Shown one piece after another: positions 54,999 to 64,000 of a stretch of DNA of 64,000 nt (the first letter of the stretch is position 1; each line of letters begins with the position of its first letter). The notes below the pieces were generated by a model. It saw only the letters and a list, made by a program, of their open reading frames with translations, ran no database searches and was not told the origin of the DNA. Both the position numbers and the translations under genes were made by a program. Source of the DNA: Octopus sinensis (Eukaryota); contig NC_043009.1 of assembly GCF_006345805.1 (NCBI RefSeq), forward strand, positions 23,188,001 through 23,252,000, given 5' to 3'.

Positions 54999-55235
54999 GC
55001 TGCCTGTTGCGCGGCGGGGATGACTCATTCAAATCGCTGGGTGTTAAAACACCCGAAAGTCAGAGACAGGCGAGACAATTCGCCTCAAATCCCGTTCAGG
55101 AGCGATGGACATCGATGTTTCGCCACTTTTGTGGCTTATGAACATCACGTACGAGAACTAGATCAGAAGCGAACTGAATCGCCATTCCATCACAGTCGCA
55201 TCCTACCGGCAAACAAGCTAAAGCATGTACATTGG
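54999..55235 (+). CDS. Candidate internal exon of an unidentified gene (79 codons)
   Basis: ttgttctccgatAG acceptor, GTATGT donor, phase 0-0 open frame (AACCAAGMTHSNRW…KHVHW); the sequence is unique and relatively GC-rich. No recognised homology. Confidence 0.3.
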
Positions 55236-55304
55236 GTATGTGCGGTCGATAACGTTTACGACACTAGCGCTGCTTCTAATTCATACATACATACATGTTT
55301 GTGC

Positions 55305-55598
55305 CTTCTCGAGCCACGCCTGGCACATTAGGGCCGGTTTCCCGGTTTTCTTGGCGTATAGGTTCCCCACCTGGACGGGACGCCGGTCCGTCACAGGTGA
55401 GCTGCAAGATGCAGGAGGAAAGAGCGAGAGAAAGTTGTGGCGAAAGAGTCAGCAGAAGTTCGCCATTACCTTCTGCGGGAGCCGCATGGAGCTTAGGTGT
55501 TTTCGCTCATAAACACACACATCGCCCGGTCAGAAATTCGAACCCACGATCCCTCGACCGCGAGTCCGCTGCTCTAACCACTAGGGCATGTGCCACCA
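55305..55598 (-). mobile_element. Family-C SINE (same subfamily as 45689-46004)
   Basis: Minus strand GTGGTGGCACATGCCCTAGTGGTTAGAGC…GGTTCGAATT…GACGGACCGGCGTCCCGTCCAGG. Confidence 0.85.
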
Positions 55599-55640
55599 CT
55601 ACATACATACATACATATATACATACATACATACATACAT

Positions 55641-55680
<40 letters not shown>

Positions 55681-55699
55681 ACATATATATACATATATA

Positions 55700-56400
55700 C
55701 TATAATGCTAATGGTGTCTTACGCCATATACGTGCTGTGTATAATAATTTCAATGTTATTCTTTGATGTGTAGTAGTTTAATAGTTTAAATAATTTTCGA
55801 CACCATCTATATTTGTCCATTTACACCTTCTTACTGGTCTTAATGCACCAACATTTTTCATGTCTGCTACTGTTTCAGTTTCCAGTCACCACATTCTTTC
55901 TACTTCTATTTATAAGTACTTATAATTAGAACATTTCTCTGAATTTTTCAGACAGATGGTTCCGTCTCTTGGGATTTTATTAACTTTTTTCATTAGCGAA
56001 CACGTTTTCTCTCAGCAGTCTTTAACTAAGATAATATCTGGACTGGTTTGCATTCATTTCTCCATTAGTGTGTACAGACGTGTCCCAGTGTTGTGTTATA
56101 TTGTCAATTTTAGATGCTATCTGCGGCGTAAGCTTGTACCACCTGTTGTCTATATTCATTTTGTCCTGTTGTAACTAGATATACACACAAGTTTCCATTG
56201 TATATAGCTACCTACACTATTGTGTATGTTGGTGTGCTGGGAATTTGTAAGGCGGGGGAAATCTGAGACCACACAATCAGTTGTTTCTTTGTGGCCCTCA
56301 TGTGTTTATCACCTGAGACTATATTTTCGTGAAATTCTTGACACTGATTATGTGGCCGCTACTTGGCGGTCTTTGAACCTGAACTTCAGATCCTGTGGTA
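55700..56400 (-). mobile_element. Highly degenerate 3' end of an RLE-type (R4/Dong-like) LINE
   Basis: Minus-strand pieces KETTDCVVS…HNSVGSYIQWKL, WYKLTP…WDTSVHTNGEMNAN..PDII, IEVERMW, VGAL and LLYTARI parallel the CCHC-RLE C-terminus. Confidence 0.6.
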
Positions 56401-56650
56401 TTCCTGATATTTAACCCTAGGTCAGTGAAATCAAGCAGAACTGTAACAAGACTCGCTTCCGCCCGTGATAATCTTTCATAGATAGATAGATAGATCGATA
56501 GCTAGATATAGATAAATACATACACAGACATACATATGTACGTACCCTCATATATACATATATATATATACACATATACATACATGCACACACATATTTA
56601 TAATATATACATAGGTATATATATTATACATGCATATATATGTACATGTT

Positions 56651-56688
<38 letters not shown>

Positions 56689-56740
56689 ATATATTATATA
56701 TATATATATATATAGATAGATAGATATATATATATATATA

Positions 56741-57131
56741 CTAGCAGTATCGCCCGGCGTTGCTCTGGTTTGTTTCGACCCTTTAGAATTGAAATTTTTG
56801 AAAAGTAAAAATTTTGCATTATGTAGCTTGTTATTCTCTTTAAGTGAACATTTTTATTGTTGAAATACACCGAAAAATGGCGACACAGCAGTCAAAAAAT
56901 CGTAAAAAATAAGGATTTTCATAGAAAAAAGCACCTTTTTGATGTAAATAATTTTTGGTGTTGATATGGTCCGATTTGAATTTTTTCTTCCACAGAAGGA
57001 AGAGCAAGCCTTCTTCTATCATACTTTCAACTTTGGTCAACTTACGTCGCAGGGTCTCGGAGGAGATAGTGTTAGTTGAAGACTACCAAACCTGCCATAC
57101 ACAGACAACTTCAGCTTTATATATAGAGAGA
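56741..57131 (-). mobile_element. Non-autonomous Helitron (HelA)
   Basis: A|TCTCTCTATATATAAAGCTGAAG…CAACGCCGGGCGATACTGCTAG|T; homologous to 6860-7208. Confidence 0.85.
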
Positions 57132-57269
57132 TAAAGAGAGAGTCTGTCCATCCATCCATCCATCCATTTTGTTTTAATCTTAGTTGACAACAAACTTATA
57201 ATCACAAATGCTAAACTACTCGTATTTAACTTCGTCGAATATATTGGCTGGTGAATTATTGATTTCAAA

Positions 57270-57450
57270 TTTTGGCACAAGGCCAAAAGAAGGAGAATAA
57301 AAATAAAGAGGAGGTAAGTCGATTAGATCGACTTCAGTGTTCAACTGGTACTTATTTTATCGACCCCGAAAGGATGAAAGGCAAAGTCGACCTCGGCGGA
57401 ATTTGAACTAGGAGTGTGAGACGGACGAAATACCATTGAGCATTTTACAC
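57270..57450 (-). mobile_element. Family-A SINE
   Basis: TTTATCGACCCCGAAAGGATGAAAGGCAAAGTCGACCTCGGCGGAATTTGAAC. Confidence 0.8.
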
Positions 57451-58294
57451 GAAATGTGGAAAGAAAGCTTTTCTCGCAATGGTTTTCTGTATATTTTGAC
57501 AAAGTAGAACTGAAAGTGAATTTAAATTTTGGCGTTGTTAGTAGAAAAATCAGAGATCTTTCTCACCGATTTTTCTACTCACAGCATCAAACAGAGAGAG
57601 TTAATTTCTTTCTCTCTCCCTCTCTCTATGTGTGTATATGAACACATTTCTTTTTAGGTGCATGAGAAGAGGGAATGTGTTTATATCAGTCAGGACGAAT
57701 TAATAAATTGTAAAGTCTCTCTCTCTTTCTCTCTGTATGAGTATATTTCGGGTCGCGCGCGTATTTACCTCCAGCTCCAAACAGTACTGCTGCTAAAAAA
57801 GCCATCACCAAAATGTCTTGTCAGCCATTCTAAATCGCCAGCGTCCAAACAGCCGCGCCTAATCGTCTCATTCCCTTCTTAATACTATATTTTGATTCTA
57901 ACGATTCACTTTGTTTTTCTTACTTCCTTTCTGTTCTAGATTCCTTGTTGTATTTGTCACCTTCCTTGCCTGTCTTATTAAATTAGCTATTTTTTTTTTG
58001 TGATGATTTGGTATGATCCTTAAAGTGCGGACTTATAAATGTCTTGCCTTATTAGTTTCCGCTGCTAACACTCCCGAATCAAATCGCGCTGAAGTCACAT
58101 TACTCTGTCGAACGAAATAACATGCAGTATTAGTTCCGGCTGTTAACACAGTTCAAATTCCGCCGGAGTCATAATTGCTTTTCATCTTTCCGAGGTCGAT
58201 AAAGTAAAGTACCAGTCAACTATTGTGGGTAAATCTAATCAACTAATTCGTTCTTCTCTTCACATGTGTGGCTTTATGTCTTTATTAGGAATAG

Positions 58295-58640
58295 GGTAAA
58301 GGGTATAAACTACCTTCAGTCATGAATGACCATGGGATTGCACCTAGAAAGTTCCCCTTTAAGGCACAAGTCCGAGCAAGGTTGTTTATGGAAGACCAAC
58401 AATTCCTCATGCATTCCAGCCTCCTCTCTCCACGCCACTGATGTTATCCAAGAAAAAGGCAAAAGCAAAGGCCAACACAGCTTTCTCTAGTCATGTTGCA
58501 ACTCATTTCTACGGCTGAGTGAACTAGAACAGCATGAAATAAAGTGCCTTGCTCAAAAATACAACACACATCCCAGTCCAAGAAACGAACTCACTACCTC
58601 ATGATTGTAAACTCGACACTCTAACTACTGAGCCATGCAC
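58295..58640. mobile_element. RTE-related segment joined to a minus-strand family-C SINE head
   Basis: GACCATGGGATTGCACC…GCAAGGTTGTTTATGGAAGACC…CTCTCCACGCCACTGATG resembles RTE-type leader sequence from memory; 58495-58640 resembles family C. Confidence 0.4.
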
Positions 58641-61600
58641 TTTCGCTATTAGAAATAATAGCTGTTTATATTTGAAGAACATGTTAATATTTTTCCTCTA
58701 CTTCTTTCGAAGACAGAAGTGTATCGCAACAGACATTCGGGCACATTGAGATGGATCTTACTCGACGGTGGCTTTCAGTTCGTCATTATTCACCGTTGTT
58801 TCTGGTCGACCGCGTTGCTCATTTGTAAGGTGAAAGTTACCAGAATGAAATTTTGCAAATCAATTTGATACTGTTTGCTGTGTAAGAACATTAGAATGAA
58901 ATACTCCATCAATATTCCGAGCTGTCAGTGAAGCTGTATTTCCAAAAAAGTACTCATATTTCAAAACTGTACGAATTTCCGACTTATCCGTCTCTAAACA
59001 CAAACAGCAAAAAACGGTTTATATATACTTTATAAAGCGCAAAACGAGTTAGAATAAAGAAATATTGTCAAAATATAATAATGGCGCAAAATGAGCAGCT
59101 GTCAAAGTTTACCATATACTTTACTACAAATTTTATACTTGACAACCTAATAACAGGTGGAAGAAAGGAGATTTGCAGAGGCATCCAACAGGTATTCAAT
59201 ACAGTTGATAAAATAAAGTACCTAAATCAAGTTTACGACGTGGTATACAGTCTAAGAATTGAACCCACGAACTTTTGTTCATGATTCGAACAGTAAGCAC
59301 TAAACCACACGTCTTTACAACACAAGTTGTCGTGTTAGTTCAAATACGTAATGTGCCCTGGTGGCCATTTATTGGAAGAGAGATAATCAGTTCCGGACTA
59401 ATCTTGGCTGGATTTGAAGTTTGAATTTTAAATCCAAGACCAGATGAATATGCACAGAATACACATATTTAATTGTTTATTAATCCTTAGAAAATCCTCA
59501 AATTTCCACTCATACATAATCCTATATAGCGCCATTTCATCCTTATTAGAAACCATCAGCATGACATAACCCGAAGCAGATAAATTAAACTAAATTAAAC
59601 ATTTCACTGAGTAAAACATTTCTTATGGATGGAAAACAATTATAATCTAGAAGCCATACATGGAATGTATGTTTTTCTTTTTACTTCTTTTTCTTCATAG
59701 ATCGCTTATATCATTAGAGGTTCTCATCCATTTAGTTCCTGTAGATCCCTTTTATTCATATTTTACTCGGTTGGACCCAAGGGTCATATGGACCCCAGCT
59801 GAGAACACTGCTTTATACAGTCTTTTCTGTGTGTTTCATGAAAGAAATGATTCTATATTGATCTAAACTGTATCAATGACAAACTGCACGAAAGTTCTAG
59901 AATTTCATAAACGACAAAACTTCTTTCCTTCAATAGCTAAAAATGATGTAAATGTTTCGCTTCGAAAAATTCACGTCGTTATCATTGTTTAATTACAACC
60001 AGCAAGTTGACTGCTATAGCACACCACCTTGTGCTAAAAGGAGAGAGGAACATATAAATATTATTTAAGAAAGGTCAAAAGGTCATAAAGGTCAAAAGGT
60101 GAAAAATGTCAAATTGACAAAAGATAAAATTATTATTTATATTTTTATATTGTATTGTTTCTTTGTGGTTAGAATATTGCAAAAATAAATCACTATAGCT
60201 ACAATTGTGAAAGCTGCCAAGACGGAAATAGTGACATAAGAACTTCACCCCTTCCCAAATGGAATTATAAACCAAAACGTAATTTATTATAAAGAAATGT
60301 TCCTTAGAAACATAAAGGTTTTAGTGTGATTATTATCTGGCAATTTATTCCAAGATGCTAAGCAGAATCTTTACTGTATTTCTGTAAGTAATAGCTATGT
60401 AGGTAGTGGAGAATAGCAATTATTTCCTTATCTTTGTAGAATAAATGCAAAGAAAAAAGCAAAAACAATATTATGAATATTATTCTTTTCTTAAATCGCA
60501 GTGTCTTGTTTTATAGCATCTGGGCTTCAGGCATAAATAAATGGTAACGAAGCTAAACAACGGAACTTAACATAGAAACACGATGTTAATTCGACAAAAA
60601 TATTATGGAATTTTGTGTTGGTGGATCCCAAAAGAAACGGTGTTTTTATACGTACGTATACACTCACACACAGATAGACACACATGCACACACACACATA
60701 CATGCATACATATATACATACATACTTACATACATACACATGCAAGCGCACATGCATATTATTCTTAAACAAAATATTATTGTCAATGACATCGAAGTTT
60801 CCGGTAAGCTATTGTGTTTATAATAACTGAACATAAAACGACTCATTAAAATGTACACACACACACCAACAAACATACACACGTGCACCACACACACACA
60901 CACGCCCCCGCGCGCGCATAATGTTTTCTTTTGACACATTCTACCAGTATACTAAGTTTCAAATTGTTTAGTTAACTAGAAAATTCCGTCCATCAAAAGG
61001 AAAAGATCTGGGTATTACACTCGCGATGGCAAGACCATGGTTTCGATTCTCGGGACGTTATGTTCACGAAGAAAGCACTCCATAGCACGTTTCTCTGCGA
61101 TCACTTCGTCATCAGAAGTGTGGTACGTCGCGCACCTGTGCAGGTAATATCGATTTGACTGACGGAATGAATTAACGTCCACTGCAAACATTTGATCACT
61201 ATAAACAGAACATCTGCGAAGATTGTTCAACAAGAATTTATGGAATCTTCATCTGCCGTCTAAAACGGGTAAATTCCTGTAGTAGACAAGTCAGTAATGC
61301 ACTCACACATACACGAGCGAGTGAACAAGCAAAAGAAAGTAGCACTCAATACGTTTGGTTGGGGTTATTTGTATTCGGTAACAGTTTGACTCAGCTCCAC
61401 AACAGTATATGCTCGGTGACGTAGAGCGGATTAAAAATAATCAAATAGTTTTCAGGTGAATGTGTTTAGGCTTACACTGGTCAGTTCAGGTCACATGGTT
61501 GCTTTTACTCGCACAAAGACATCAATTTTTTTTATAGTAGGTTCACGTGGTAGAGTAGACTGGATGCTGGCGTTAAATAGACGTCATTTTGAAGCGGGTG

Positions 61601-62039
61601 GTATTTCAGCGACAACAGTTAACACGTGCAAATTCAATGGTGTCTGGTTATATATGAGTTTGCGTGACCGGCACGAAGGATAGAGAGTAGGCTTTAATCT
61701 CTACTGCGGGCAAGAATTATATGCCCTGAAAATGCACGACCAACTAAGCCTAGAGTGGTATGTTCGTATTATCGGCAGCTATTGGCGTGAAGTTCATTAA
61801 CAGGGCGCACCTCTGGAGGCAGCAATAACTTAACCAAGTTTTGCTATTGATAGATACTGCGAGTTTGTCAACTATGTACAGTTTTCCACAGTGGCAGAGT
61901 TGGCAATTACAAGCCCCAGGTGAGTGAGGCGGGGTCTGTTGAGGAAGTTGCTTCGATGTTGCCGACATTTCCAGATAAAACAGGACAAGAAATGAAGATT
62001 TCCCTCCCCCTACATCTGATTGAGTACATGTGTTGCGTA

Positions 62040-62076
<37 letters not shown>

Positions 62077-62077
62077 C

Positions 62078-63220
62078 GACTGACGTGATGTCGCATCGGC
62101 TCCGCTGGTAATCCCTTTTTTCGACCTTTTATTGCACGCATTTTGTTTCAACTTTTGCACACAAGGTGTGTAAAGCCTACAGCTTTCGTTTGAGTGTGTT
62201 TTCAAGCGAGGAATTAACCCCTAGGGGCAGTTTCAAACCTATTTACATTTACATTTTCTTCGATTTCCTTGACATATTTCTAAACAAACATGGCTAAGCG
62301 AAGCCATGAGGCCGACTTCCCGTCTCTACCAAAGCTAGAGGTGAAGGAAGCTGAAATCAAAGCCGTTCCGCTTGAACGCACACAGGCTTTAGAAGGCACG
62401 AATGCTTCTATTACTATAATCACTGCTTCCACCACTGCTACCACCACCACCGCCATCACCACCACAACCAACACGAATACCGATAATTTTGCCGCGGGTT
62501 TGAAGCCAAAGAAATAAATAATGCATTTTTCCAAAGAAGAATTACTTGCCTGCAAAGAAATGTTTACAAAAAAATGAAGTCACTATTCAATTACAGACAC
62601 CTGAAAACATTACAATATTATCTAAAAAAAATCCAAAGAAAACAATCATTTACAAGACACTCAACGCGAAAACAAAAGTACATGAAACAGCAGCCACTCA
62701 TGAAAATGTGGGAAAATGTTTAAGGCCCATATGGGCCTTTAAAGACTACATAATGAGGGAAAACAGGTTTGCGATAATCGAAGTAAGATTCGACAGCGAA
62801 GAGCGAGCCAATGACCTCTCCACAAGGTCCTTTCAACATGAAAATCTCCTCATGATCCCTACATACCTTAATTGTAGGGTCACAAAAATTAAAATAAAAA
62901 ATGCCCCCCCCCCTCGAAATTGAAATAAAATGGCTCGTGTCTGCCATTTGCTATGATATCGAGGACGAAATCCATATATTGGAAACCGCTGCCCAGGTTG
63001 AGATTCTTGACCTGGCAAGAAGTCGAGATTGTTGCTCATTTCGATCCAGTGAATTTTGAAAAAATTCCCCACCGAATCCAATTGACAGAGGATTCGAGCT
63101 TGCATGACCCGCCGAAGGCAGAAAGCCAAGTTGCTACATTTGTGGTAGCAAAACACATTTAGAAACTAACTGCCCTCTAGCACAGAAACAACACCAACAA
63201 CAACGACAACAACGTGCGAC
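62078..63220 (+). mobile_element. 5' portion (UTR + ORF1 remnant) of a second, diverged Tx1/L1-like LINE
   Basis: KKTIIYKTLNAKTK…VRFDSEE…MIPTYLNCRVTKIKIKNAPP, WLVSAICYDIE and the knuckle CYICGSKTHLETNC align with ORF1 of 20719-26838. It starts directly after (TATC)n. Confidence 0.85.
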
Positions 63221-64000
63221 GGTGAAAATTCGGTTGTTTGATCGAGCTGCTTGTTCCATCATGTGAATTTACTATAAAAATACTGATATTGGTATGAGAG
63301 CAATAAAAGCACGTGATATGAACTAACCAATGCCTGTCCACTACCACCACCACCACCACCACCACCACCAAAAACAACAACAATAACAGCACCATCACCA
63401 CTATCACGACGACAACGACCGCTACCACCACCACCTCTTCCTCTTCTTCTTCTTTTTCTTTTCCTTTTCTTCTTCTTCTTTTTCTTCTCCTTCTTCATCT
63501 TCTTTGGTGATATCTATGACTCAAGGCTTTCCCCTCTATAGCCCTTTTACCCTTTTGTATACCAAGAGAATTAGTATATTGCGTAAGACGTCTGTCCTTG
63601 TTTGAAGATATTCAGGTGTGATTTGAAAGTGAATTAACTGTCATTTCTGGCAGTAGTGTGTTTAACAGAATAACTTGCATTTAACTAACGTCTTTTTACA
63701 TTCCAGATTTCAAACCCGCCATATTGACTTTACTTTCGCAGAACTTTGCTTTTCCGCTATGTTTACTTTGATAAAATAAATATCAGTCAAGTCTAGACGT
63801 AGATATAATTAATATAATCAATATATTCCGCCATACACATAAAGCACAGGCTTTTTGCAAATCGATGATCGATCGATTCGGATTTTGGTCAACCATATTA
63901 TTAACAAAATGGTGACTTGCTCAGATTATTTCTTACATACGCAAAATATCAACAGCTACACCACCACCACCACCACCACCACCACCAGCAACAACAACAA

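Noticed and set aside
61015-61233. 72-aa minus-strand ORF that looks like a real protein
   Set aside because: The plus strand resembles a degenerate tRNA-derived SINE head (GGTTTCGATTCT B-box, …GCACGTTTCTC), so the ORF is probably fortuitous.
61278-61950. Possible Gypsy LTR/integrase remnant
   Set aside because: No convincing motif, PBS or paired LTR could be established by eye.

Overview
AT-rich, repeat-saturated eukaryotic (animal) genomic DNA. The SINE repertoire and very dense (TA)n/(CA)n/(CATA)n/(TATC)n microsatellites suggest an octopus/cephalopod intergenic or large-intron region; this is an inference. No host protein-coding gene could be identified, and nearly all ORF-track entries are microsatellite artefacts. 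Recognisable elements: (i) a near full-length but decayed ~6.1 kb L1/Tx1-clade LINE (20719-26838) embedded in a (TATC)n tract, plus a second diverged relative (62078-63220) that also starts directly after (TATC)n and shares a 5'-terminal motif, suggesting a microsatellite-targeting retrotransposon family; (ii) a Penelope-like element (RT + GIY-YIG) with ~1.1 kb inverted arms (14535-17781); (iii) at least seven hammerhead-ribozyme-like folds, including one canonical core and one with an apparent compensatory G3:C8 core; (iv) arrays of non-autonomous Helitrons, one carrying a PIF1 helicase fragment; (v) internally deleted mariner and piggyBac elements, a Merlin-like MITE, RLE-type LINE remnants, several tRNA-derived SINE families and a GC-rich 14-bp minisatellite. 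All coordinates were read by eye and repeat boundaries are approximate.
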